A DNA stretch of 64,000 nt, from NCBI RefSeq assembly GCF_009914755.1, contig NC_060942.1. One strand, written 5' to 3'. This document shows, one piece after another, positions 38,895-51,985 of this stretch. The translations under genes and the position numbers were made by a program. Origin of the DNA: the human T2T-CHM13v2.0 reference genome, Homo sapiens. The first letter of the stretch is position 1; every line of letters starts with the position of its first letter. The notes under the pieces are model-generated. The model worked only from the letters and a program-made list of their open reading frames with translations. It searched no databases and had not been told where the DNA came from.

Positions 38895-41420
38895 CAAAAT
38901 AGGCACTCTCAAACACTGCTAAATGGGAGAAGAAAATGGTAGCAAGGAAATGTGGCATTATCTAATAAAGCTACATATGATTTAACTTTTGACCCAGCAA
39001 AAGTATTTGCAAGTATTCATTCTGAAAATACAGCTCCACAGTACAAAATAGCATATTTACAAGGTAATTCATTTCACCATTATTTGCAATAGGAAAAAAA
39101 TCTAAATTCCTATCCATAGGAATCTGACTAGACTACGTCTCTCCACCTGATGGAGTGGTATGTGTTTGTAAAACAAGAATGAGAAAGAAGTTTATGAATG
39201 GCTTTGGAATAGGAGCCAGGTTATATTGTTACGTGAAAGAGTTCACCTTATTTCAAGGTGAAAGAGTGAGAATATATATTTGTTTATTTTTACAAAAATA
39301 AACCCAGAAAGGACAAATCAATTAAGGGAAAGGTTCATGAATAAGGAGGCAGGTGGGAACAGAGAGGAAAGGCATGGGAGACCTCCTCAATATGACTTTT
39401 TTGAATTTTTGACTTTTGATCCATGTAAATATATTACATATCAAAAATAATAAATTAAAAAGGATAAACAAAATCAAACCCTAAAATTAAATACAAACAG
39501 AAACAAGTAAACTGGATTCAATTCAACAACAGAACCACATTCAAATCCCTTTTGAATACAAGCACTCCATACGCCTTTAGTGGGGTACATCCTTTAATAA
39601 TAATAACTGTAAAGCAGTCTTGAACTTTACCTATTTGGTTAGTTGTTGGTATTGGTATTGATACTAGTATAGTAGTAATTCTGAAACTAGTTTGTATAGA
39701 CCATATGCTAAAACAAATAAGCAACCAGATTGATATTGTCAGAAAACAAGGCCAAGGCTTTCTCACTGTGGAAGGAGAGACAAAAATTTTAGAATGGGAG
39801 AAGGTGAGAAGGAACATAGTTGTACTGAATTTAAATTGGAACCATCAGATTACACCCATGATTTAAAATAATACATAAATTTCTAAGCCTTGTCAACTGA
39901 AAGGCCTAGAAACAGTGACAGTCTAGTAACAATGAGCACACTTAGTTCCTAGATCTTGGTATCTAAGTAGCATTTCTCACTAAAAAGAAGCTGACATCTT
40001 TGGAGAAATGGTTGATTCCAGGTCTGGGGCAGGGAAAATACAAAGTGAGCCTGGAATGTCCTTTTGTGCCATCACGTGGGGACATGGGGACATGTCAAAA
40101 GGCCCCAGGAGCCAGCTCACAGTGGAGTGGCCAAATTTGGAAACATTTGAATATTGAAAAAAAAAAGTGCTATAGGCCGAATGTCTGTGTCCCCCCAAAA
40201 TTCGTATGTTGAAACCCTAATCCCCAATGTGATGACATTTGGAGGTAGGGCCTTCAGGAGGTAATTAGGTTTAGATGAGGTCATGAGGGTAAGGCCCTAA
40301 GATGGGATTAGTGCCCTTATAAGAAGAAGAAAAGATCAGTGCCCTCTCTCTCTCCTGCCAAGTGAGGATACAGCAAGAAAGCGGCTCTCTGCAAACCAGA
40401 AAGAAGGTTCCCACCCGAATCTGACCATGTTCAGCACCTTGATCTTAGACTTCCCAGCTTGCAGAACTATGAGAAATAAATGCTTGTTCAACCCACCCAG
40501 TCAATGTTGTTTTGTTATGGCAGCCCAAGCTAGCTAAGACAGATGGTAATGTTTTATAAGACACTGAATTTAAAAAAAAAATCCTTGACTCCATAGTAAC
40601 ACTCAAAGGGGGAAACATACAGAAAAAGAAGGGGAAAGAAAGGCAGGAATAGAAGGGGGATTACAATTAACTAAACTTTTTGAAAGCCACCATTTTACCA
40701 TCTCCAATGTAATGACCAATTTAGGCATAAATCATCAATAGATGCTAAAATCATTGGATTACAGGCTTTGACAGACAGGATATTTACATGTCTCAAAATA
40801 TCAGCTCACAGATTGCTTACTAAATGATAAAGAGAGTTATCTTTACAGATATCACCTTAACCAAAGATCAACTTTAGCACCCTCAATAATGGAAGAGCTG
40901 ACATCATGCTTCCCAAGGTGATGCAATGGGAAGAAGGCAACATCCCTTATGAAGTATCACGCCTAAATGTTCGTCTTGCATCCAGTCAGTCATGACAGGG
41001 ATGATGAGACATGTAGGACTAGTACTGGCTCCTCAAAACTCTCAATGTCATGGAAAGGAAAACAAAAAGCAACGAGATTGTTCTAGATTTTAAGAGACTA
41101 CGGAGATGAGGAAACCAAATTTAATTCATGAACCACAATGAGATCCAGGATTGAGTGGGGAAAATGCCCAAAGTGATACAAGGCATTTTAAAATATGAAC
41201 TGCATATTAGATGATATTGAATTAATGTGAATTTCTTAGGTGTGATAATGGTGCGATTATGTAAGAGAATGTCCTTATTATCAGGAGATATTTACTGGAA
41301 GTATTCCAGGGTAAAACGTCATGATGTCTGCCAATAAGATGAAATGTTAAGACTGCTGACTTTGTACCAGTCTCTCCACATTTCTGTGTATTTTACATTT
41401 TTCAAAGTATTTTTTTAATT
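38895..41420 (+). mobile_element. Old L1 (L1MC/ME-like) fragments, interrupted by an LTR
   Basis: tttgacccagcaa, ggagaaatggttgattccaggtctggggcaggg, aatttcttaggtgtgataatgg motifs. Boundaries approximate. Confidence 0.65.
40168..40541 (+). mobile_element. MaLR LTR (MLT1A-like)
   Basis: tgctataggccgaatgtctgtgtcccccc...cttgatcttagacttcccagc...gctaagaca. Confidence 0.88.
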
Positions 41421-42949
41421 ACTATGGACTTATCTGCATCCCCATATAACAAAATCCCTCATACAGATCTCCATTCCACTTGCTCAGTTGTTCTTTTTAT
41501 TTCTAAGATACTTGATAGAAGAAAGCCTCAAAAAAGGGATAGCAAGCCTCTTGTGCTTCTAGAAAAGCTGCCAATAGCCCTTTAAACAACTTGTGTGAGG
41601 ATCCACAAAAATAACGCTTCCTAACTTAGTGCTGTTCTTGATATAATTTCTATTTTGCACAGACAAAGTGTCTAGCAGAGTTCCTGGCTCACAGCAGCCA
41701 AATGCATTCTTTCCTTCAGACTTTGCAGGGATAGCCCACAAGATCCTGGGGATCTGGATCCAACAAAATCCAGGCCTCATCTCCTGCCCTCCTGTCTTCA
41801 CCAAGGGTCCACACACTCTTCAACCTCTGATTTCTCACCTCTGTGCCAGTCTTTTGAAGAAACACACACATGGTTCCTCTGACTTAAAGGCTTCCCGTCC
41901 CCACATACAAAGGTAGAGGTTCTTTCCCTCCCAAACCCTCAGCCCTTTATCAGTCCCTATGAAACAATTCCCAAGCTGCATTATAATTACTTTTTCACTC
42001 ACCATTCTCACCCCCATCAGACTTTGTTTCCTCTAGAGCAAGAAACACATGTTCATTATCTTTGCAAACAGCAGCATCCAAAGCACATACTAGGCATTCA
42101 TATCCTTCAGTGAATTGAATTAATATGAAACACAAACAATCCTAATTCAATTTCAGACTCCTCTTTTGGCTTTTCATTTGCTTTGGTGTGTTCAAGGGAC
42201 CAAAGTAGCAATCACAAAAGACTCCAGAGATCAGCCCTGTAACCAGAGACGGAGGAGTCATACTTACATCCTCCCATTTTGGATCTGCACTTCCAGCCAG
42301 CCAAATTTTCATTAACATTAGCAGAAATGAATCTCAAAGAACCAAGATTCAATGAAATGGACCTCAGTGTGAGCTTAAACCAACCCCCTTTTCTAGAATG
42401 AACAGTCTTCATTCCTCTGAAGTCCCCGGCAATCCTCCAACTTGGTCCCAAAGCATCTATAGATAGCCACAGACGGTCCCCAGACAGCACTAACATTCAC
42501 GGCCAGGAAGACAAGGAAGAGCTGCTTTTATCAGGATGGCACTAGAGGGCCAACAAAGATTGATGCACCTCCCTCTGCTGTTCAAAGTGCGACTGCAGGC
42601 CCAGCTTTCACCTCCACGTTCAGATCTATCAAAGTCTTCACCCAGCCTTTTCTCATGACTTGACTCCTTGACTCCCTCCTTTTGTCAGCTGATGCTTCTT
42701 GACCCTAAACTGGCTACAGCACATCCCACCTGCCCTCTCATCCTCCTTGTCCCTGGAGAACCTGCTTCTCTGCTGACAATATTAGAAACTGCCCATTCAC
42801 TCTCACCTTCCTTACACTTCTCCAATCCAAGCTGAACTTGGCCGTCATCTTCTACAACTTCAGTAAACATAATGTTCATCAGATCCCACTCTGTGGCCAA
42901 AAAAAAAAAAAAAAAGTACTAATAACTTTCCCTCCTTGAATGATTTGAT

Positions 42950-43945
42950 AGTAAGCTGCAGGCCTGAGGTCCCGTTATCCCCATATGCTCCAAGTATTTT
43001 CTACATAACTGCAGTACAGTCATTAAAATCGGGAAATCTACTTTGGTACACTACCTCAGATCTCATCCACATTTCACCCAGTGTTCCTCTAATAATGCAA
43101 AAGGATAGACCCTAAGAAAACAGGTTGCATTTACTTGTCATAATCCTTTAGTCTTCCTCAATCTTCAAAAGTCCCTAGTCTTTCCTTGACTTTCATAACG
43201 TTCACAGTTTTAAAGATTTCCAGAAGTTATTAATATTTCATAGAACATCCCTCAGTTTGGGTTTGTGTGATGTTTTCTCATGAATGGATTCAGGTTTACC
43301 TTGGTTTTTACTTTTATTTTAGAGAGGATGAGCTATTACAGAAGCAATGCTATAATGTTCCCACTCCGTCCTAGCAGGTGGTTGTGTTGTAGTAACTTTG
43401 ATCACCTGTCCCTCCTTGGATTCTCCTCCTCTTTTTACATTTAAGAAGTATTTTGTGGGCTGGGCACGGTGGCTCACCCCTGTAATCCCAGCACTTTGGG
43501 AGGCTGAGGCGGGCGGATCACAAGGTCGGGAGATCGAGATCATCCTGGCTAACACAGCGACACCCTGTCTCTACTAAAAATACAAAAAAATTGCTGGGCG
43601 TGGTGGTGGGTGCCTGTAGTCCCAGCTACTCGGGAGGCTGAGGCAGGAGAATGGCATGAACCCGGGAGGCAGAGCTTGCAGTGGGCCGAGATCGTGCCTG
43701 TGTGCTTTTGATATGTCCCCATCATTCTTTGAGCACTGCCTTACTTTGTGACAGGAAAAAATATTTCAGGCTCAACTTGTATTTCCCCATCCCCAGGCCC
43801 AGATTCAGCCATTTCTCCAGGGAGCCCTGGCTCCTTTTAGTGAAAAATGTCAGTTAGAAACCAAGGCCTGGGTAACAGGTGGGCTCACTGCCATTGGGTA
43901 TCACTGCTCCCATGCATGCCCATGGGCACAGCTAGAAAATAAATG
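42950..43945 (-). mobile_element. Old L1 (L1MC/ME-like) fragments flanking a truncated AluY
   Basis: cagccatttctccagggagccctggctccttttagtg...agaaaccaag is the reverse-complement homolog of 39950-40110. Confidence 0.7.
43458..43698 (+). mobile_element. AluY, 3'-truncated (no tail, no TSD)
   Basis: Y diagnostics; stops abruptly at gagatcgtgcc. Confidence 0.9.
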
Positions 43946-43949
43946 TAAC

Positions 43950-44166
43950 CTAAAGGCCCAAGGGAGCTTATTTGCTCTTTCCCTCATGTGAGAACACAGC
44001 AAGAAAATACTGTGTGTGACCAGGAAATGGGCTCTTACCAGACACTGAATCTGCCAGCACCTTGATCTTGGATTTCCCAGCCCCCAGAACTGTGAGAAAT
44101 AAGTTTCTGTTGTTTATAAGCCACCCAGTCTATGGTATTTTGCTATAGCAGCCTGAATGGACCACA
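43950..44166 (+). mobile_element. MaLR LTR 3' half (MLT1A-like)
   Basis: gcaccttgatcttggatttcccag...ataagccacccagtctatggtattttg. Confidence 0.8.
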
Positions 44167-45669
44167 GTGTCCAAAGTCTTGCTCTCACGAAGTAGGCAAG
44201 CCTCAACATCTGTAAAATCTCCTAGGATCCTGGTCTATCTTTTCTTTATAACCCAGAACCCCAAGGGGCTGTGGCACAGGGCAGAGGATGGGGGTGGGGT
44301 GGGTATTCTGTCTCTAAGTGGTCCTTCTTCTCTTCACATTTTAGTCTGGAAACTCCTAGTTCTATCTGATTGCATCATCCTTGCCATACTCTGTGCATAT
44401 GCTTCTAGCTTGTGGCTTCATAGATGGATTTTCAGAGTCCCTGGGTCCCAGGGAGCCTGAGAACTAGTCCTGCACCTTGCACAATTCCCTTCCAGCTCCC
44501 AGAACCCAGCTTCTAGAATGGGGGCCTAGCACCCAGGGACCTATTTGTTCTAGAGAATTCTCCCATTGAAAAATCCAAAAAGGATGTATATTTTTAATAG
44601 CAATAGTCCATCTTTCCCTACATTAATCTCTAATGGATAGACAGTGTAGCATGTACCTTTCTAGGTTTGTGGAAGTGACAAGGTCTGTTCTCTCCAGCTA
44701 GTTTTGCATTTCAGAGCCTTTTCCCCTTCCCTACCCATGAAACCACAGCTTTCTAAAAGCACCATTGTTATTCTTCCCTTGACTGCTCTTCCCAGCTTCC
44801 ATCTCCAGAAGCACCTGTCCAACTGGGTAACACAAAACCACATATAAATTATCTGGTTCCTACCACCTACTGCAGGAGGCTGGCATGGGGTGAGAAAGAC
44901 CCATGGGGCACATGGAGCAGCAGTTCATGGGGAAGCTGATCAGAAGTCAGGCTCGGTCCATTTCAGATTTCATCTTCTGCTTTTTAGAAATTCCTGCAGG
45001 GTTCCATACATGATAGAAGTTTAATAACACTGTCAAGCTAACTAGCAGTGATTTCCAGTTTCCCATTAAAAGTCACTACAAAGGCCTAAAATTCTGGACA
45101 TTAGAAAGCTTTCACTTTATCAAGGTGGGAGAGGCATGTAATAAATATCTCCAGACCCGCAACATAACATGACACTAGTTATTAAGGCACAAGGAACCAA
45201 TATTCATGAAATAGTCCCTTCTCCATTAATAATAGTTACAAAATGACATAGCCCACCTCTGTGCTGTGCTGCAAATTTATACTCTTTATTTAAGAATAAT
45301 GAATAAATGAACTTGAGCTGGATCTATTTTTGGTGTAGAGGAGTAAGATCTTTCCAACCATCATTTCAGACATGAACCCATACTGAGTCAAGGCCACTCT
45401 TTCTAGTCTAGGGATTCTTAACTTTGGGGGGTTACAAGTCATTCTGAGAAAGTGATAAGGCTCACAAACCCCTCTACCTCTGAGTGGGTAGAGATGCAGA
45501 AAAATACACATTTGTACAAAAACAGAATTGTGCGTATAATTTCATGGAGTGCAATCACTTAAGCCTCTCCATGAAACCGCAAGTGAAGAACTGGTCTTAG
45601 ACTAGTGCTTCTCAATCTCCAACACGGCAGTAAATCACTAATCCTGCTTTCAGTGGCAAGGCTGTAGAA

Positions 45670-45873
45670 CATGGGTCAATACATTCTTTGCACAGGGACA
45701 GATGGTAATATTTTAGGCTTTGTGTGCCACACAGCATCTGTTACAACTGCTCAACTCTACCACTGTAACAGAAAGCAGCCATTGACAATACGTAACAAAT
45801 GGACATGACTGTGTTCCAATAAAACTTTATTTACAAAAACATGAGGTGGGTTGCATTTGACCCCAGGGCTATA
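45670..45873 (+). mobile_element. MER58A-like DNA element
   Basis: atattttaggctttgtg...ctcaactct...gtgttccaataaaactttatttacaaaaaca. Confidence 0.8.
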
Positions 45874-46457
45874 CTAAAAGGTATCACTTTAAAGCCAGCA
45901 CAAGGAATCTAATAGCAAATCACAAAACTAAATTCAGCTCTGAGTTTTATTAAGGGTTCACATGTATTTTTACCACAAGTTGATCATATTCACTTTGTTA
46001 TTTTCTTAACCAGCAATTCTGCTTATGACATTTTTTCCTACTGAACAATTTGTCGTGAACAAGCCATTGTTCCATTTTCTAGCCAACACAGTGAGTGTCA
46101 GATTAATTCCACATTATAAACATTTCCTGAAAGCCCCTTTGTGGCCTAGTTTTCTAACTCACAGCACAGTTCTATTAATTGACAGCTGACCACACACCAG
46201 ACATAAAAGCAAAACACATTCTTTCACATTCCCCAGTGGCCCATTTCTCTTCTGGAGGCTGCTGTCATTGCTGGAACAAGGCTGGCAGCTGTCACACCCA
46301 AGCGAGTTGTCACAGGGGCTTTGTTTCCCTGGAGACTTGTTTTCACAAAAGTTAGGACCTGCAAGAGACTCTTCTCTGGCCTCTCTCTTCCTTCATGGCA
46401 AAAAGTCAAATGCTTGACTATTGAGCACCTTCATGAGTGAGTTTCTGTCTCTTCCTG

Positions 46458-46823
46458 TGTATTAGTCTATTTTTGCGCTGCTGATAAAGACACACCTGAG
46501 ACTGGGCAATTTACAAAAGAAAGAGGTTTAATGGACTCACAGTTCCACATGGCTGGGGAGGCCTCACAATCATGGTGGAAGGCAAGGAGGAGCAAGTCAC
46601 ATCTTATGTGGACAGCAGTAGGCAAAGGGAGAGCTGGTGCAGAGAAACTCCCATTTTTAAAACCATCAGATCTCAGGAAACCCATTCACTATCACAAGAA
46701 CAGCACGGGAAAGACCCGCCCTCATAATTCAATCATCTCCTATCAGGTCCCTCTGACAACATGTGGAAATTATGGGAGCTACAAGATGAGATTTGGGTGG
46801 GGACACAGAGCCAAACCATATCA
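46458..46823 (-). mobile_element. THE1 (A/B-like) MaLR solo LTR, sense to RNF152
   Basis: tgtattagtc...gctgctgataaagac...ccaaaccatatca. 5-bp TSD tcctg/ccctg. Confidence 0.92.
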
Positions 46824-47224
46824 CCCTGTTTCATGACTGGTTCTGGTAACCTCTCCATTCACAGCAACCTGACTCTACAGAATGGAAGTGGTTTAAATGT
46901 GTTTTCCTTCTAAATGTCTTGCATTTTAAAGTTCAGAGCTAGCCGGGTATTTGACAACCTGCTCTGTGGGAAGGATTTTAGAATGCCAGGTAAGTGCCAA
47001 GAGCACCTGAACAACTGTTGCTGAATGACTGAGAAAACTATTTTCTTTTCAACTCGTGCACACCCTACAGAAAAGCCATCTCTCAGTAGAAATGACTATG
47101 GTCAATGGTGTGTTTCTAGCCAGTTTCACTGGTTTCTCAACTTAGGCCTCACTAAATTAGATATTAACATCCTTCAGGATTGTTGGCTATTGTTTAAAAA
47201 TCTATAGCAATAACTGTTGTTTTA

Positions 47225-47842
47225 AAACAGTATGTCAGTTCCTCAAAAAATTAAAAATAAAATCACCCTATCATCCAGCAATTCCACCTCTGAGTATTTA
47301 CCCTAAAAAATTGAAAGCAGGGTCTTGATGAGATATTTCTACATCCATGTTCATAGCAACATTATTTACAATAGCTAAAACATGGGAAAATACCCAAATG
47401 CCCACAGACAGATGAATGGCAAAGCAAAATATGGTATGGCCATACAATGGAATATTATTCAGCCTTAAAACAGCAGGAAATTCTGACACGTTACGACATG
47501 GGTGAATTTTGAGGACATTATGTTCAGTGAAATAAGCCAGTCACAAAAAGACAAATACTATGTGATTCCACTTACATGAGGTACTTACAGTAGTCAAAAT
47601 TATAAAGACAGAAAGAATTAATAGAATCATGGTTGCCAGGGAATGGGGAAAGAGGACTTATTATTTAATGGACATAGAGTTTAAGTTTTACAAGATGAAA
47701 AGAGTTACGAAGATGGATGGAAGTTATGGTTGTACAACATTGTGAATGTATTTACCACCACTGAACTGTATACTTAAAAATGATAGAAATGCTCAATTTT
47801 ATGTTATGTGTATTTTACCACAGTAAAAATAAATAAATAATA
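47225..47842 (+). mobile_element. L1MB-like 3' end
   Basis: atccagcaattccacctctgagtatttaccc...aataagccagtcacaaaaagacaaatact...cactgaactgtatacttaaaaatg. Confidence 0.85.
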
Positions 47843-47849
47843 AGCAGAT

Positions 47850-47923
47850 AAGGAGAATGAGAGAAAAGAAAGAGAGAGAGAAAGAAAAAGAAAAAAGAAA
47901 GAGAGAAAGACAGAAAGAAAGGA

Positions 47924-47979
<56 letters not shown>

Positions 47980-48090
47980 AATTAAGAGAAAAGGAAGGAA
48001 GGGAGGAAGGGAGGAAGAGAGGAAGGAAGGAAGGGAAGGAGGGAGGGAAGGAGGGAGGGAAGGAGGGAGACGGGAGGGGAGGGGAGGGCA
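47850..48090. repeat. Polypurine tract with (GAAA)15 and (GGAA)/(GGGA)n
   Basis: Uninterrupted GAAA run at 47922-47981. Confidence 0.95.
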
Positions 48091-48924
48091 GGCCCCATAG
48101 TATCTAGGAATCTAAAAAGCTCAAAGTTTAAAACTCTACAGAGCACAAATGATACTAATCATTTTGTATGAAAGCCAAAGTCAAATTCATGAGCAAATAT
48201 CTTTTATAAAATCTCACACAACAAACCTGAGAGGAGTTATGAGTAACAGACTATTGGAAAATCATAAAAACAATACCTTACCACTATGCTTCACCTTGGC
48301 AAAAGAAAACCATCCATTATGTCGATCTGGTGGAAAAAGCCACACTGGCTCTGGTGGGTTTTATGTGCTTGTTGGTATTATTGTTTGTGTGTAAGAAACA
48401 TGTTCAGGACTGCAGAATATTTACAGTAGCATTTTTTTTATCTAAAAGCTAAGCTTCCTTTTTGAAATCACTAGCACAAACAGGCCAACAAATTATTCAT
48501 CTTGTGTCTACCCAATGACTGGGGTTTAGGAGAGAATAAGTGTAACCATAGCACGGGTCGGTAGGTCATATGTGCTTAAAACCTGTACCTCTAATGAGGG
48601 CAGTAAGATGCAATGAAACTTGATTTATCAAGGGAAGGTGCAAAATGCATTTTAACCTAGTTTTAAAAGGCTCTGATGACCTTTAGATATTCGCAATGGC
48701 CTTTTAAAACAAAAAAAAAAAAGCATTTATTCACCTACTCGCCCCAGTGATTTACGATTTATAGAGGGCAACTAACAAAGAGCCTATTTCATTCATTTTA
48801 TTCCTTCCATTCCTCCTGAGGGCCATAAGTGGACACGAGTGCTGAAAACATTGGTGCCACTGTAGGATTGTTATACAAGTGCAGAGGCTGAGTTGAGATG
48901 ATTTTATTTTGTTGGTGGGTGGTG

Positions 48925-49090
48925 GGTTTTTTGTTTGTTTTCACAGACAGGATCTCACTCTGTTGCCCAGGCTGGAGTGCAGTGGCCTGATCATAGCTCA
49001 TTGCAGCCTTAAACTCCTGGACTCAAGCTATCCTCCCCCATCAGCCTCCCAAAGCAATGGGATAATAGGCGTAAGCCACTGCACCCACCC
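48925..49090 (-). mobile_element. Alu monomer (FRAM/AluJ-derived)
   Basis: Single arm in reverse orientation. Confidence 0.8.
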
Positions 49091-49670
49091 AAGATGATTT
49101 TCTTATTCACTTGTGGAGGTGACAGTTTTGGCTGTGCTGTGTAAGAAGAGCAATGCTAGGGATCTCAAATAAAACCTCATTAAACAATGAAGTCCGCTCA
49201 GAGTGCCAGAACTCTCGCCAAGCCCACACATCAGCCCCAGCCAGCTGGGCACGCAGAGCAAACCACTCAGGCCGCCGCTGCTCAAACTGATTCAGCCACC
49301 TGGGAGCTTTTGTGCTGGGAGAACATCAATCTCTCTCCTAGTTAGGTGCAGAAGTTTGAAATTTATAGTCAAAACAGTTGCTTCCCTTAAAGCAGGTTTG
49401 GAAAGTTTTTATAACGTTTCATTTTAAAATGGTAGATACATTTGTACTTTAAGACATCGAAGGGTTTATGTGAAGTCAATTTTCCTCCAAAACAAGGCTA
49501 TAGATTACTGCCCTATAATGCACTTGCAATCTTCATTCTTCAAGGAACTGACCTCCCGTAGCAGAGGCAGCCCGAATAATAGTACTCCTCATTGAAACCC
49601 TCCTCTCAGGAATCACTTTTGTTTGATGAACCTGACCATAAGTCTGTTCAAAAATGTAGTCAATGCACAC

Positions 49671-50026
49671 TGCTACAGTCTCAATGTTTGTGTCTCCCCA
49701 AAATGCATATGTTGAAACCTAATCACCAATGTGAAGGTATTAACAGGTGGGGCTTTGTGTGGGGGGGCGTGGTGATGAGGACTCAGCCCTCCTGAGTGGG
49801 GTTAGTGCCCCTTATAAAATAAGTCCAAGGGAGCTCACTTATCTCGTTCCACCATGTGAGGACACAGCAGATGCCCTTTATGAACCAGAAAATGGGCTCT
49901 CACAAGACACCAAATCTGCCTTGATCTTGGACTTCCCAGCCTCCAGAACTGTGAGTAATAAATTTCTGTTGTTATAAGCCACCCAGTCTATGGTATTATA
50001 TTATAGCACCTGAAAGGACAAAGATA
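49671..50026 (+). mobile_element. MaLR LTR (MLT1A-like) with 5-bp TSD CACAC
   Basis: CACAC at 49666-49670 and 50027-50031. Confidence 0.88.
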
Positions 50027-50699
50027 CACACTTCATAATTCTCAACCCAAACACTCTCTCTTGTTCTTGCCTTTTCCTCAATCTTTTCTTTCTTTTTTAA
50101 TAAAAAACAATCCCAAAAAACTGTCTTTGGGGAGCTTCCATGGTGTCATGTAATAAAAACTCAAAGGTACAACAGTCTCTTATTACCAAATAATAGGCCC
50201 CCTTCTCATCTCCCTCTACCCACTGTGCCTATGCAATCTCATCTCATTCAATCTCATCGCTACATTGAGCCTCTGTTCATGTTGCTTCTGCTGCCAAGAG
50301 TTTCTTCTCTACCTCCCTGACCTGGACAATTCATTGTCTTACAGGTTGAGGTAAGGGGAAAAGTGGTCCCCAACTCACAGATGCACATTCGTTGAGCACT
50401 TACTCCTTCCTTTCCCCGCAACACTCTTCTCCTGAGTGATTCCTTACTAAATATTTGCTAGGGTGTAAGCTCCACGAGTACTTGCTGCCACCAACTCAAC
50501 ACTGGGCAAACACCTGGCACCAGAAAGGTATTCTGTACATTCTGGGAAATTCATAGAAACATTTAGGAAAGAAGCACCAGACATAGAATTATTAATACTG
50601 CTCTCCTCACCTTCATTAGTAACAAAGCCAGACAATGCAATGCACTGATATCTAGAAGCACTAAACTGCCTGCAGAGAAAGCTTTGCTTGAGCTATGGA

Positions 50700-50920
50700 G
50701 ACTCCAGAGCTTGGAAATCCACTAGTCTGGATTTGAGTCCCAACTCTTGTCACCAATTAATAATGTAGCCTTATGCAAGTTAACCTTACTGAGTATCTGC
50801 TTCTTCATGTGTAACTCAGGGACAATCACACCTCCATCAAAATATTGTTATGAGGATTAAATGGGGGTAAGTAGCAAGGTATCCAGCCCAGTAGTGCACA
50901 TAGTAGCTGCTCAGCAAACA
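50700..50920 (+). mobile_element. MIR SINE
   Basis: ggatttgagtcccaactct...gcaagttaacctt...ttgttatgaggattaaatg. Confidence 0.7.
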
Positions 50921-51529
50921 CCGGTACTCCTCCCCCATACTTAGTCTCACCTCACCATTCAGAGCAACTGTGACATTGCCACCAAGAAAACAGAACTTTC
51001 AGAAATAAATAAAAAGCAAGAAGTGGAGAGAACAACACAAAAAAAGAGGTATCAGAGTAACATTTAAAAGCAAAAATACATCTAACAGGGCAGCAAGCTT
51101 TAACATACAAGCAAATTGGGGCTTTGAGAAATGTGCTATTTCTATTTGCATGGGGTCTGCTTTTGTGGGCGACTTGAAACTTTCATTGCATAATGCCATA
51201 AAACACAGCTCTGCTCTAAAAAGAGGTTTGGTATTGTTACAGTCAGAGCTGGTCAAACAGTGGCAAAACTCTCTCAACTCAGAAAAAATTCCCGCAAGTG
51301 TCCTTGAATCTGTTAACTATGCAAAGGTGGTTTTTGAATCAAGGGAAAATATAGGCATTGCATATTCTGCCCCTAGGCTTACTCTCAAAATCACTACCAA
51401 AACCATGGTGTAAACATTTATTTTTCTTAAAACACACCTCAGAGAAAGCAAGACACCAATGGTGATACGATTTGAAACTGAAAACTACTAAACACTGACA
51501 ACAGTCATGCGTTTGAGATCATTCCTCGG

Positions 51530-51985
51530 GTTTCTCATAGGCGTCTCAAAGCTAAGATTTCCAAAATGGAATTCCCGGTCTCCCTCCCACCCACTTCCCA
51601 AACCTGCTCTACCCACAGTCTTCCCCTTCAGTCAATGGCCTGGCCTTCACACCTACTCTTCCCTCTGCTTGGAATCTCTGCTCTCAAATGCTGATGTATT
51701 TTTCCTTTTCACCTCCTTCAAGTCTGAGCTCAAATATCACTTTCTTCAGAAGGTCTTCCTTGACTGCCTTTTTACACATTGCAAGCTCTCACCACACTCA
51801 CGCTTCCCTTCGTGTGATTATTTTTCTCCAGATGCAGATCATCTTCTAACACCTTATGTAATCTACCCATCTGATTTTACTTGGAATCACCTGCTATCTC
51901 CCCAGAACATAAGCCCCACTGTGTGTTTCATTTGGGGCTGCATTCCCAGCATCTAGAACTGTGCCTGGCACACAGTAGACACCTG
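51530..51985 (+). mobile_element. L2 fragment
   Basis: cctccttcaagtctgagctcaaatatcac...tagaactgtgcctggcacacagtag. Confidence 0.7.

Noticed and set aside
39950-43880. Inverted homology between ~39950-40110 and ~43700-43880
   Set aside because: Two independent, highly diverged old L1 copies in opposite orientation, not a dedicated structure.
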